A stretch of 64,000 bases of DNA, taken from positions 1-64,000 of IMG/VR virus record IMGVR_UViG_3300025093_000015. One strand, written 5' to 3'. This DNA is from a virus. The position numbers and the translations under genes were made by a program. The first letter of the stretch is position 1. Each line of letters starts with the position of its first letter. The notes under the pieces were generated by a model, which saw only the letters and a list, made by a program, of their open reading frames with translations, made no database searches and was not told the DNA's origin. Below are positions 9,088 to 18,288 of the stretch, in pieces.

Positions 9088-9390
9088 ATGAGTTTAAAAG
9101 AATTTAACGGCCTAAAAAATGTAGAAGTTTCTGAAGGAAGAGCTCAGATGACTTTTTGTGCTAACTGCAAATCATGCCCTGCTATTGATATTTCTGCTGA
9201 GTCAGATACAGTTGTAGTAGGTGGTGATGAAGAAGGATATACATCTTTCACTAAAGAACAATTTAAATTATTTGCTGATGTAGTTAAGTCAGGAGCATTT
9301 GACAAATACATGGCTAAGAAATGTGCATGTGGTAAAACACAAGATCCTGATGGAAACTGTGATGGTTCACATGCTGATAAATGTGAGTAA
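9088..9390 (+). CDS. CDGSH iron-sulfur domain protein with extra CxxCxxC motif
   Basis: C-terminal CACGKTQDPDGNCDGSH; N-terminal CANCKSCP. Confidence 0.75.
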   Translation: MSLKEFNGLKNVEVSEGRAQMTFCANCKSCPAIDISAESDTVVVGGDEEGYTSFTKEQFKLFADVVKSGAFDKYMAKKCACGKTQDPDGNCDGSHADKCE

Positions 9391-9623
9391 TGTCTAAAAA
9401 CTGGATTAAAGGAGCAATAAAAAAACCGGGATCTCTTACCGCTGCTGCTAAAGCAAAAGGTATGAGTATATCTCAGTATTGTCAAAATCCACCATCTACA
9501 TTAGCAAAGCAAAGATGTAACTTAGCAAAGACATTAAAAAGTTTTAAGAAGGCTGAAGGAGGACAAGTACAAGGATGTGGTTGTCCATATGGAATGGAAA
9601 TGGGCCCAAATAGAGTATTATAA
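9390..9623 (+). CDS. Small basic protein
   Basis: KNWIKGAIKKPGSL..LAKTLK; AEGG motif; coupled to upstream gene by TAATG. Confidence 0.65.
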   Translation: MSKNWIKGAIKKPGSLTAAAKAKGMSISQYCQNPPSTLAKQRCNLAKTLKSFKKAEGGQVQGCGCPYGMEMGPNRVL

Positions 9624-9624
9624 T

Positions 9625-10020
9625 ATGAGTATACTAGGAAAAATATTTAGCGGAGGTGCAGGAGAACTGGTTGAATCAGTTGGTGGGGTTCTAGATAACC
9701 TAACTACATCCAAAGAAGAAAAGCTAGAAGCTAAAAGAAAACTAAAAGAATTAATCCTGAAGCATGAAGCTGAGATGGATAAACAAATAACTGAACGTTG
9801 GAATGCTGATATGGCATCTGACTCTTGGTTATCTAAGAATGTAAGACCAATGGTTCTTATATTTTTAATTGTTTGCACTATGCTACTTATTTTTATTGAC
9901 GCAGGTGCAATAAGCTTTGTTGTAGAAGAGAAGTGGACTGATCTACTGCAACTAGTATTAATAACAGTAATAGGTGCTTATTTTGGTGGCCGTTCTGTGG
10001 AGAAAGTAAAGAAAAAATAA
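9625..10020 (+). CDS. Holin, 3TM/GTA-holin-like family
   Basis: Likely start MSILGKIF at 9625; SDSWLSKNVRP motif, two clear TM helices, AYFGGRS. Confidence 0.75.
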   Translation: MSILGKIFSGGAGELVESVGGVLDNLTTSKEEKLEAKRKLKELILKHEAEMDKQITERWNADMASDSWLSKNVRPMVLIFLIVCTMLLIFIDAGAISFVVEEKWTDLLQLVLITVIGAYFGGRSVEKVKKK

Positions 10021-10039
10021 CTATTAAAAATTAGAAATT

Positions 10040-10288
10040 ATGCCAATGCACATTAAAGGAGGCTTTAAAAGTAAAAATGGCCTTGTAACTTACGGAGCTG
10101 GAGGAGCTTATGGAGCTGCACCATCAGCAAGAAGAGCAAAAGATAAAGCTCAAAAAGGAAAAGAACTTAAAGAAGTACCTCCTGGTAAAGAAGGTGCTGG
10201 TTTAAGACAATTATCTAGATCAGTACGTAACAATATGGGTTACGCAAGATATGGAACATCAATGGATCCTAAAAAAACTAGAAAATAA
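10040..10288 (+). CDS. Small basic Gly-rich protein
   Basis: 82 aa, Lys/Arg/Gly-rich. Confidence 0.6.
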   Translation: MPMHIKGGFKSKNGLVTYGAGGAYGAAPSARRAKDKAQKGKELKEVPPGKEGAGLRQLSRSVRNNMGYARYGTSMDPKKTRK

Positions 10289-10291
10289 ATT

Positions 10292-10429
10292 ATGGCTAGG
10301 AAAGTAAACGTATATGTATTTACAGGTAATAAGAAAAAGAAAAGACCTGGAGTACATGCTAAGACCAAAACTAGTAAAAGTAAAGGAGCTCAGAACTATA
10401 AAAAACAATATGTAGGTCAGGGCAGATAA
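10292..10429 (+). CDS. Small Lys-rich protein (45 aa)
   Basis: Manually translated MARKVNVYVFTGNKKKKRPGVHAKTKTSKSKGAQNYKKQYVGQGR*. Confidence 0.65.
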   Translation: MARKVNVYVFTGNKKKKRPGVHAKTKTSKSKGAQNYKKQYVGQGR

Positions 10430-10439
10430 TTTTATAAGT

Positions 10440-11534
10440 ATGCCTATATATAATCCAGGACCACAAATAGCAATGCCTCCTATTAGGGGTGGTTATGTTT
10501 TATCATTTTATGATGGTACAGCAAGTGAAACACAACTGTATAGTCAAAATGATATTTTAGGTTTTGGTAAAGGTACCAATCAGTTAATTATTTATATGAA
10601 AGGTGCCAGAGATGTCAATGCTAAAGATACAATAACAATAACTCTTAATCCTACAACAATTACTGCTGATAGAGCACAAGTAATATTAATGGAAGGTATA
10701 CGTGAGCTTAATACTCATCCTTCTAATGAAGTAATTAAAAAAGTTGTAGCTCCTTTACAAGGTGATAATGATTTTGTACATGAGTTTGCTTCTTGTACAA
10801 TAGCTTATGGAACATGTTGTTCTGGAGGTGGCGGAGATACTTATACTTTAGAAGCAAGTGCAAAAGCAGGTTCCAATGTTCCTTTACTTTTAGATGCTGC
10901 TTCTGGATCTGACTCTACAGTTAATTTAACTGAAGGTACAAACATTACTTTAACAAGAAACAGTGCAACACAAGTTACTATAGATGCATCTGTTCCTAAT
11001 GTATATCATCAAATAAATAATCATAATTTATTTCTAGCATCATGGGACATGAGAGATCCATACTTGTTTCCTATATTAGAAGACCGTGGTTCAGGATTTT
11101 ATACAGGTAAGAATATAGGATCTTCAGTTAGTCCAGGATCATATCCATCAGATGAAGCTTTTAAATGGCAAACTAACCTTGAGAGAGCAACAACTGCATG
11201 GGATAGAGTAAGTTGGTATACTTTATCAATGGCTAATATGACAGATGCAGACATTGCTGCTTTAGGTACTGGAGGTCAAGTAAAAGCTATATTATATAGA
11301 TATAGTCCATCTGCTGGAGACAGTACTTTTAATTATACAACACAAATATTAGGTGATGTAGATTTTAATACAACAGCAAATAGAGTGCAAACAAATGCAC
11401 AAACTACTAATATAACACTTTCAGTAGGTGATTTATTTTTTATAGGTTATCAATATACTGTAACAGCAGGATCTGCATCAGGTGCTATTACTAACCTAAG
11501 ATTACAAACTACAGGTAGGTTCTGGAAATCATAA
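10440..11534 (+). CDS. Putative virion fiber/spike-like protein
   Basis: 364 aa; GGGGDTY linker, VNLTEGTNITLT fiber-like segment, beta-rich C-terminus. Confidence 0.55.
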   Translation: MPIYNPGPQIAMPPIRGGYVLSFYDGTASETQLYSQNDILGFGKGTNQLIIYMKGARDVNAKDTITITLNPTTITADRAQVILMEGIRELNTHPSNEVIKKVVAPLQGDNDFVHEFASCTIAYGTCCSGGGGDTYTLEASAKAGSNVPLLLDAASGSDSTVNLTEGTNITLTRNSATQVTIDASVPNVYHQINNHNLFLASWDMRDPYLFPILEDRGSGFYTGKNIGSSVSPGSYPSDEAFKWQTNLERATTAWDRVSWYTLSMANMTDADIAALGTGGQVKAILYRYSPSAGDSTFNYTTQILGDVDFNTTANRVQTNAQTTNITLSVGDLFFIGYQYTVTAGSASGAITNLRLQTTGRFWKS

Positions 11535-11571
11535 AAAAAAAGACTAGCAGGAAATGGAATAAACCTGCTAG
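11533..11571 (-). terminator. Intrinsic terminator at the convergence of plus and minus blocks
   Basis: CTAGCAGG/CCTGCTAG inverted repeat (11544-11571) with adjacent A-run (U-tract on minus strand). Confidence 0.65.
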
Positions 11572-11606
11572 CCCCTTTACAGTAAATATAAACGTTGGTT
11601 TTATAT

Positions 11607-11924
11607 CTACTTTCTTTCTTTTAAAAGCCCTTCTATAATAATTAAATAGTTTATGGCATCTCCTATTTTTTCATTAATCAGTTCCTCAGAAGGTTCTTCT
11701 TCTGGTAACTTTTCTAACATTGATATAATTGATTCAAGATGCTTTGCAGCATAGTTCCATGCTACTTGCTCAGGTTCTGTAGTAAATACAGACACTCCAA
11801 CACCATTTTTTATATTCTCAAATACATCAATATCATTAGCATACTCTTTCTGTTTGACAGTAAAAGTATCCTCAATCTTTTTAAATCTAGCTTTTAAAAG
11901 TTTTTTAAAATTAGTTTGATTCAT
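11607..11924 (-). CDS. DUF1599/Nmad1-like (nucleotide-modification-associated) helical protein
   Basis: KQKEYA...FEN...AKH...EKIGDAINY pattern. Confidence 0.55.
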   Translation of the reverse strand: MNQTNFKKLLKARFKKIEDTFTVKQKEYANDIDVFENIKNGVGVSVFTTEPEQVAWNYAAKHLESIISMLEKLPEEEPSEELINEKIGDAINYLIIIEGLLKERK

Positions 11925-12075
11925 TATTCTTGTCAGCGTTGACTATTGTCTCTGCATGTTTTCTAATAATACTATCCTCATCAAGATTAACATTTTCAAT
12001 GTTTGGTTCTTGATCTAATTTTACATTTGAAAGATTAGGCTCTTCCATTTCCATTGGTTTTAAATTGTCATTCAT
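11911..12075 (-). CDS. Small acidic protein with internal duplication (54 aa)
   Basis: EPNLSNVKLD/EPNIENVNLD repeat; TAAATTTG box at 12081-12088 just upstream. Confidence 0.5.
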   Translation of the reverse strand: MNDNLKPMEMEEPNLSNVKLDQEPNIENVNLDEDSIIRKHAETIVNADKNNESN

Positions 12076-12099
12076 GTTTACAAATTTAAAGATTAATAA

Positions 12100-12939
12100 T
12101 TAAAAAATATATCTTATGGTAGATAAATTAAAATATTTACCATAGATGCTCTTAAAGTCACTAAGTAACTTTGTCTTTTGTCTAAGTGGGTATCTCATGA
12201 CTCCACTATAATTTTTTACTTCATTTGAATACTTCATGTATTCCCGTGCCTCTTCACTTGCTTTATTCATTTGATTAACATGATTAGTAAGTGCAATAAC
12301 TTCACATTTATTTTCACCTGCGTATTTCTTTACAAGTTTAAATAGTGTATCATACTCATCACGCCAACCTGGATAAAATACAAGTGGAGAATAATTAAGA
12401 TGAACTTCCCATCCAAGATCTTTTAGTCTATTGACATCATGAATCCTAGATAGTATCTTCTGCATCTTTGGCTCAAGAACATCTGAATACTTTTGTGGCA
12501 TAAGACTAACACGCACACGTGGCCTTTTATTAAAGTGATTTACATCAAGCTTTAATAAACCTGGATACTTAGTAGCCATAGTGCTATTAAGTTGTGGGTG
12601 ATCATCATACATCTTAAGATAATTATGAAGTGTCCCTGGTACATGCTTCTGCATCAAAACTAAGTCTGAATTGCATGCAATGTCTACCATTGTATATACA
12701 GGATCTTGTTGATTAGGAACTTTATTATAAGTTTTTTCCCATTCAACTACAGAGTTAAATATCTGGTCAACATTCTCATTGACAAATACTCTGTGTCCAT
12801 TATACCTTGACATATAACAATAGGTGTCTACACAACCACCAAAACATCCATAGATTATATTTGGTGCAATGCAATCAGAGCTATTGTTATTTGTCTTAGT
12901 AACTAAAGTTTTTGTTTTTTGATATTTTAACTTGGCCAT
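12100..12939 (-). CDS. Spore photoproduct lyase-like radical SAM protein
   Basis: GCFGGCVDTYCY cluster motif, DIACNSD, ATK, RVRVSLMP, GWEVHLNYSP, MRYP. Confidence 0.8.
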   Translation of the reverse strand: MAKLKYQKTKTLVTKTNNNSSDCIAPNIIYGCFGGCVDTYCYMSRYNGHRVFVNENVDQIFNSVVEWEKTYNKVPNQQDPVYTMVDIACNSDLVLMQKHVPGTLHNYLKMYDDHPQLNSTMATKYPGLLKLDVNHFNKRPRVRVSLMPQKYSDVLEPKMQKILSRIHDVNRLKDLGWEVHLNYSPLVFYPGWRDEYDTLFKLVKKYAGENKCEVIALTNHVNQMNKASEEAREYMKYSNEVKNYSGVMRYPLRQKTKLLSDFKSIYGKYFNLSTIRYIF

Positions 12940-13036
12940 ATAACTACAATATTACTGCCAATAGATGAAGATGAGGTCACACTCTTTACCTTTATCTTTT
13001 TCTTTTTCTTTAGATTTAGGTTTTGTAACTTTTTTC

Positions 13037-13732
13037 TTACCATTGGATTTCTTCTTCTCCTCTTTCTTTGAGATTTTCATTTATCTTCTTAAATAAGTTA
13101 TCACTATCCCACTTACCACCACGGTATGCAGCAGCTGCAGGATGAATTACAAAATGTTTTTTATGGTCATTAGAAATCATATTTGCAAATGGTTTTGCCT
13201 TAGCACCCATAAATACAAAATCAATAACTTTAGAATAATCATTTAAAACATTACTAAATATAAACTCTGTCCAACCTTTCCATGTCTTAACATGTGCGCC
13301 AATATTATCTACTTCACATGTCAGTGCAGTATTTAACATAAGCACGCCTTGCTTAGACCATCTACTTAGATCACAATCTCTAGTTGCATCTGGATACTGT
13401 GTCTGAAGTTCATCAAAAATATATCTTAATGATGGCTGTTCTTTATTAGTCTTAGAACAACTAAATGCTATTCCGTCAGCAACATCTGCCTGTGGATATG
13501 GATCTTGTCCAACAATTACAACCTTAAGATCATTATAATTGCATAGCTCATATGCTTTTAATAGATCTTTAAATTTAGGTGTAAACTTTTTACCATCACT
13601 TACTTCTGACATAAGTGTTTCTATAGGCCTTCTAAACTGTGGGGAATGGATTAAGTTCCATATATCTGTCTCATACCAGCCTGAAGGTTTTAATTTATTA
13701 ATAAATTTTTCTTGTATTTCTTCTATTTCCAT
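13037..13732 (-). CDS. ung: Uracil-DNA glycosylase, family 1
   Basis: VVIVGQDPY, GIAFS, PSLRYI, QGVLMLN, HP motif. Confidence 0.92.
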   Translation of the reverse strand: MEIEEIQEKFINKLKPSGWYETDIWNLIHSPQFRRPIETLMSEVSDGKKFTPKFKDLLKAYELCNYNDLKVVIVGQDPYPQADVADGIAFSCSKTNKEQPSLRYIFDELQTQYPDATRDCDLSRWSKQGVLMLNTALTCEVDNIGAHVKTWKGWTEFIFSNVLNDYSKVIDFVFMGAKAKPFANMISNDHKKHFVIHPAAAAYRGGKWDSDNLFKKINENLKERGEEEIQW

Positions 13733-14118
13733 TATATTGCATATTGTTTTTTTACTTTATCTGATATTGGTATAGGATCATTGTTTTCATCTATTCTAAC
13801 AAATCTTATATTAGTTGATAGTATAACAGATTGATCACCTGAATATACATTGTGTACTCTTGCTTCTAAATAAAATGTAATAGAAGTATTACCAATATGT
13901 ACAACTTTACCATATATTTTTATAAGTTGTCCTTCTTTTGCAGGTTTTTTAAATATACATTTATCTATCATTACTGTAACCATACGCGGTGTATCACATA
14001 CTTGCATAGCATATGCTGCACCTGCTGCGTCTAACCAAGCTAAAAGTTTTCCTCCAAATAGATTAGCATGAAAACCTAAATCAGATTTTTTAATTGGATG
14101 TGTTGTTATTAATTTCAT
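13732..14118 (-). CDS. Acyl-CoA thioesterase, hotdog fold (YciA-like)
   Basis: NLFGGKLLAWLDAAG, VTV, FKKP, GNTSI. Confidence 0.85.
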   Translation of the reverse strand: MKLITTHPIKKSDLGFHANLFGGKLLAWLDAAGAAYAMQVCDTPRMVTVMIDKCIFKKPAKEGQLIKIYGKVVHIGNTSITFYLEARVHNVYSGDQSVILSTNIRFVRIDENNDPIPISDKVKKQYAI

Positions 14119-14207
14119 ATAATATAATATTAAAGTGAAGAGAGTCTGTATAGGAAAATTACAAAAAGTCTATACAGAACTCTCAACACTATCTGACATG
14201 ACTCAGA

Positions 14208-15110
14208 TTACATTTCAAAATCAAAGGTTTCTTCATCAACCTCAATAAAACCGGCCTCTTCTGGCTCAACTGGTAGTTCAGAAGTATATTCTCCAGCATC
14301 TACTTCAGCTATCTGCTGATCAATTGTAAGTTGATTAGGATCTATTGGATCTGACTCAACATTATTTGTATCAGTAGTTTGTATTGTAGATTGACTTAAG
14401 CATTCTGCAATCATAAATTCATGAAACTTTTGTTGATCAGACATCCAAGACCTAGGATGTGACATCTTTAATGCATGTGTAACATGATTATAAAATGCCC
14501 ATGCTGTGTCTTGTCCAACACCATATTGATATGATGGTTTACTCATCTCTTTTTTGATGCAAGAAACTTGACTGCTATCTACTAACTCTTCCTCAATAAA
14601 TAAACGTCCCACTAGTTCTGCCTGCTCTTTATTAGACATAGTAACATTCTTCATTGAATCCTTATCATTGATAAGCTTTGTATAATGTTTATTAGCATTT
14701 TTTATTTGTGACATTATTTGATTGAATGCTTCAGAGTCAGCATTACCTGTATGTTTTCTTGCATAGGTTGACATGTCACCTGCTACCATTCCGTTATTAC
14801 AAACAAATACGTAGGCTCCAATACCACATTGAAATCTAATTTGTTTATTATAACTATTGGTCCAGGCAAACATCATACCTAACTCAGGATCTTTTTGTGA
14901 CTTGATATGATAAATACCTTGTGCTATATTACAATCTCCTGTAGCTTTATACTCTTCATTGACAATATCAAAACCATGTGTTTTTAATAAGCTTCTGCTA
15001 GCATCAATAAGAAATTTGTGACGTATTACTGTATATGTGCTCCCATGATTTGGGAACTTAGCTGCAGCCAGATGATCTGCACTGCAACTAGTTGGTTTTT
15101 TGTATCCCAT
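14208..15110 (-). CDS. DUF932/DUF945-like phage protein
   Basis: NSYN, FVCNNGM, RKHT, TAWAFYNHVT; acidic tail. Confidence 0.7.
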   Translation of the reverse strand: MGYKKPTSCSADHLAAAKFPNHGSTYTVIRHKFLIDASRSLLKTHGFDIVNEEYKATGDCNIAQGIYHIKSQKDPELGMMFAWTNSYNKQIRFQCGIGAYVFVCNNGMVAGDMSTYARKHTGNADSEAFNQIMSQIKNANKHYTKLINDKDSMKNVTMSNKEQAELVGRLFIEEELVDSSQVSCIKKEMSKPSYQYGVGQDTAWAFYNHVTHALKMSHPRSWMSDQQKFHEFMIAECLSQSTIQTTDTNNVESDPIDPNQLTIDQQIAEVDAGEYTSELPVEPEEAGFIEVDEETFDFEM

Positions 15111-15128
15111 TTTTTAAAATTTTAAGTT

Positions 15129-15136
15129 CAAATATA
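15129..15136 (-). promoter_or_regulatory. Bacteroidetes-type -7 promoter element TATATTTG
   Basis: Intergenic, 18 nt before the 15110 ATG. Confidence 0.6.
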
Positions 15137-15147
15137 CTGATTTTGTA

Positions 15148-17049
15148 TTAGAATAACAAGAGTTGATTGCTCTGTATTCCAATGATATTATTGATTTCTT
15201 TTTCAATAGCATCTAGATAATACTTTTCATTAATATCATATAAAGCCCATTCTTTGTGCTCTATATCATTCATAATAGTTTGCATCCATCTACCTGCTTC
15301 TAGTTGTATTTCTCTTCTGTCATTTTTATTGACTTTGATTATTTTACAACCACTGTTAGAGATATAATATCTATTTATTTTCTGTAGTTTATATTCTACA
15401 GGTTGGTTATGTTCTATAGATCTAGCAACTTGCTGCCAATTACCTTTTGATTTACCGCCAATACAATAATCAAGTATATTATTATTATTCTTAAGTGTCT
15501 CTTCTGGTAAAGTTCCATTAACAAAATATGCATACAATGCTTTTGGAATGATTAGTTTAGATTTGTTTTTATGAAGAGCTAACCCTTCAAATTCAAAACG
15601 TCCCTTACATTTAGCTTTACCATCTTCATCCACTGCAATATAATTATTAACATCAGCAAGAACAAGTTTAGAATATGTACCGTGCTCAAGAGCTAAACTA
15701 GTTATCTCTTCCCACTTCTTACATACATCTAAGTATATTTGCTTTTTAGATCTAGGTATTACTGTCTCAACACCATCTGTATTTTGCATCAATGGAATGG
15801 CTTCTGGAATAGCTTCACAGATCATTTCATATAACATCATCAGCGTAAGTTGACCATTAATAGTAATAAACATAGTAAACTGCGGATCATACAGGAAAGA
15901 GTTCTTGTCATTACTAAGACCATATGTACTGTTAAGTATAATTTTATATACATAGTTCATAGGATTACTCTTAGGAATCTTTTTTCTCTCTGTAAAGAAC
16001 CACTCATACAGATCACAAAATGCTTTCTTATCTAAGTGTGCAGGTGCAATCTTATTTTTAATTGCAAGGTTAGGATAGAAACTGGCAACATCTGAAGACA
16101 TAATAATATTATCTTCATCTGATTCATAAACACCCGGTTTGTTACAACCATGTGCACCACCCAAGCCAAAGTCTGTTTTAACATCCTTGTATATAACTGA
16201 ATATTTAAATCCACCTTTAGTAAAGTTTGGATTTATCTCTACAGTTTTAAATTTGTCAAGAAGATTATTAAACTCTGGTGTTGCAAACTCAATATAGTCT
16301 AGTATAATATCTTTTACCTTAATAACATTTCTATATGTTCTAAGTTTTTTTAATTCATACTTAGGTATACCAAGTTCTTTTCCAAGATAATATGCAAATA
16401 ACTCTTTACTAATCCTTGGCTCTGATGCACTGTATAAATTAATACCATACTGATCAGTCAGATTTTTACGCAAAGCAATCAAAGGTTTACATTGATTAAA
16501 TATTTCTTTGGTTGAGTCAACATCATTAATACAATAACCAACAATCATATCAAGCTGTTGTTTAGTTGTTATATTTGTATCATGAGGCAATGGCATATCA
16601 ACCATATTATCCCAATCCATACTATATTGAATCCATTTAAGACTAGACCTTTTAGCCATATTGTCCCAATGATTAAGTTTGTATACATCTATTTGTTTAA
16701 TAGACATATGCCATTCTGGAAACTCTTGAAACTCATTTTTATTAGATCTATCAATACAGGATTGAGCATATGTATAAATCTCTTCTGCTATGCTTTCTCC
16801 ATCCATGAGCTTCAGGTTTTCATGGTTTTTAATTATATTGTGAGTTATTTGGGCATCAAACGCTAGTCCATTATAGGATATATGCCACTCTCTATTTTCT
16901 ATGTTTTGTTTTAGGAAGTCTATGAACTTATCATAATCATTCTGTAATGAACATACAGAGAATATATGTGTCTCATCAGTTTTATAGTGTTTAAATACAC
17001 CAACAAAACAATTTGACAAAGTCTCATAGTCCATTATCCAATGGTTCAT
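15148..17049 (-). CDS. polB: Family B DNA polymerase
   Basis: Exonuclease DYET and YNGLAFD; motif A DVASFYPN, motif B KIILNSTYG, motif C NTDG. Confidence 0.92.
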   Translation of the reverse strand: MNHWIMDYETLSNCFVGVFKHYKTDETHIFSVCSLQNDYDKFIDFLKQNIENREWHISYNGLAFDAQITHNIIKNHENLKLMDGESIAEEIYTYAQSCIDRSNKNEFQEFPEWHMSIKQIDVYKLNHWDNMAKRSSLKWIQYSMDWDNMVDMPLPHDTNITTKQQLDMIVGYCINDVDSTKEIFNQCKPLIALRKNLTDQYGINLYSASEPRISKELFAYYLGKELGIPKYELKKLRTYRNVIKVKDIILDYIEFATPEFNNLLDKFKTVEINPNFTKGGFKYSVIYKDVKTDFGLGGAHGCNKPGVYESDEDNIIMSSDVASFYPNLAIKNKIAPAHLDKKAFCDLYEWFFTERKKIPKSNPMNYVYKIILNSTYGLSNDKNSFLYDPQFTMFITINGQLTLMMLYEMICEAIPEAIPLMQNTDGVETVIPRSKKQIYLDVCKKWEEITSLALEHGTYSKLVLADVNNYIAVDEDGKAKCKGRFEFEGLALHKNKSKLIIPKALYAYFVNGTLPEETLKNNNNILDYCIGGKSKGNWQQVARSIEHNQPVEYKLQKINRYYISNSGCKIIKVNKNDRREIQLEAGRWMQTIMNDIEHKEWALYDINEKYYLDAIEKEINNIIGIQSNQLLLF

Positions 17050-17195
17050 GATTTATCTTTTTTATTTTTTTCTTCCCATTTAGTCATATTTTCAATTAAC
17101 TTTTTTTGTTCTTCTATTCTTCTACCTTGATGAAGAGCATGTTTTGCTAATCTAAATATTATATAAATACCTATTAATATTGCTAATCCAGTCAT
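17046..17195 (-). CDS. Small membrane protein (49 aa)
   Basis: MTGLAILIGIYIIFRLAK...; stop overlaps the polB start. Confidence 0.5.
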   Translation of the reverse strand: MTGLAILIGIYIIFRLAKHALHQGRRIEEQKKLIENMTKWEEKNKKDKS

Positions 17196-17212
17196 GTTTT
17201 AAAATTTAGTGC

Positions 17213-17236
17213 AAAAAAAAGGGAGCCGTAGCTCCC
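17213..17236 (-). terminator. Intrinsic terminator
   Basis: GGGAGC-CGTA-GCTCCC hairpin with 8-A run on the plus strand. Confidence 0.75.
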
Positions 17237-17256
17237 TCAAATTTGGGGTTAATAAA

Positions 17257-17706
17257 TTATACAGCAGCAATTATTGGTTTCTCAGCTGAACCACCAACTA
17301 TATTACTTTCTTCTAAGAAAAACTCATCTAAGTCAAATGCATCTGGATTTACAGCAAACATTTGAATTAACTCTCTGATCTCTTCTTCAGTAACTACATA
17401 GTGCTCTGAACAAGTATCCATTGCTCTTCTTTCTTCTCTAAAATCTTTACCATTTGCTCTTGGTCTTCCTTTAACAGGAACTTGATCTCCATTATCATCT
17501 AGTCTAGGAACCATATGATAACTTTGCTTCATAAATTTAGAGATTACTACCATAATTTTTTCACTTGGTGAGAATAAACATTCTACATAAGGACAATCAT
17601 TATGGATAGGAATCAATTTAAAACTTTTCATAGAGCCAAATGCACTCTTGATTAACATCATAGTCTTTGGGTTTTCCTCTACATGCTTTTTAGTTTTCTT
17701 TGCCAT
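17257..17706 (-). CDS. Hypothetical protein
   Basis: 149 aa; TAAATTTG box at 17728-17735 upstream. Confidence 0.7.
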   Translation of the reverse strand: MAKKTKKHVEENPKTMMLIKSAFGSMKSFKLIPIHNDCPYVECLFSPSEKIMVVISKFMKQSYHMVPRLDDNGDQVPVKGRPRANGKDFREERRAMDTCSEHYVVTEEEIRELIQMFAVNPDAFDLDEFFLEESNIVGGSAEKPIIAAV

Positions 17707-17724
17707 ATCAGTTTTATTTTTTTT

Positions 17725-18288
17725 TTACAAATTTAATTCTTTTTTTATAATTTCCAAGTCTTCAGTTAGGTTTTCTTTATCAAAGTCTGGTTTACTACAT
17801 AACTCACCAACTTTTTTTAAATCTTCCTCACTGACATTTAATAACATAGCATAGTCTTCCCAGTAGTAACCAGGATATAGATAACTTTCTATGTATTCAC
17901 CAGTATTTCCATACTCACCAAAAAAACCTATTATGGTTTCTTTAGTTTTTTTTCTCATTTTTGAATATTTACCATTTAAAAATCTTTTGTAATCAACTCT
18001 ATAAGGTTTTAAATCAAAAATAAAAATAAAATTATACATGCTAAATCTATCTTTAGCAACATAATATTCTGAAGATTCTAAATAGATTTCACTGAATATT
18101 TCAAATTCATCAATATTATCTTTGTCTAATGTATAAAGACAGATTAGTTTGTTCCTATACTCAGCGTAGCTATCACCCCAGCTGACATATGTTTGTACAG
18201 GAACAAACCTAACCCCTTTCTTAATACCTAACAAAGGATAAAGAAAGACTTTACTTTTTTGAAAATATTCTTTATACAGTCCTTTCAC
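17725..18288 (-). CDS. Hypothetical phage protein
   Basis: 187 aa; FLYPLLG and GKYSK motifs; coupled to the nuclease gene. Confidence 0.7.
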   Translation of the reverse strand: MKGLYKEYFQKSKVFLYPLLGIKKGVRFVPVQTYVSWGDSYAEYRNKLICLYTLDKDNIDEFEIFSEIYLESSEYYVAKDRFSMYNFIFIFDLKPYRVDYKRFLNGKYSKMRKKTKETIIGFFGEYGNTGEYIESYLYPGYYWEDYAMLLNVSEEDLKKVGELCSKPDFDKENLTEDLEIIKKELNL

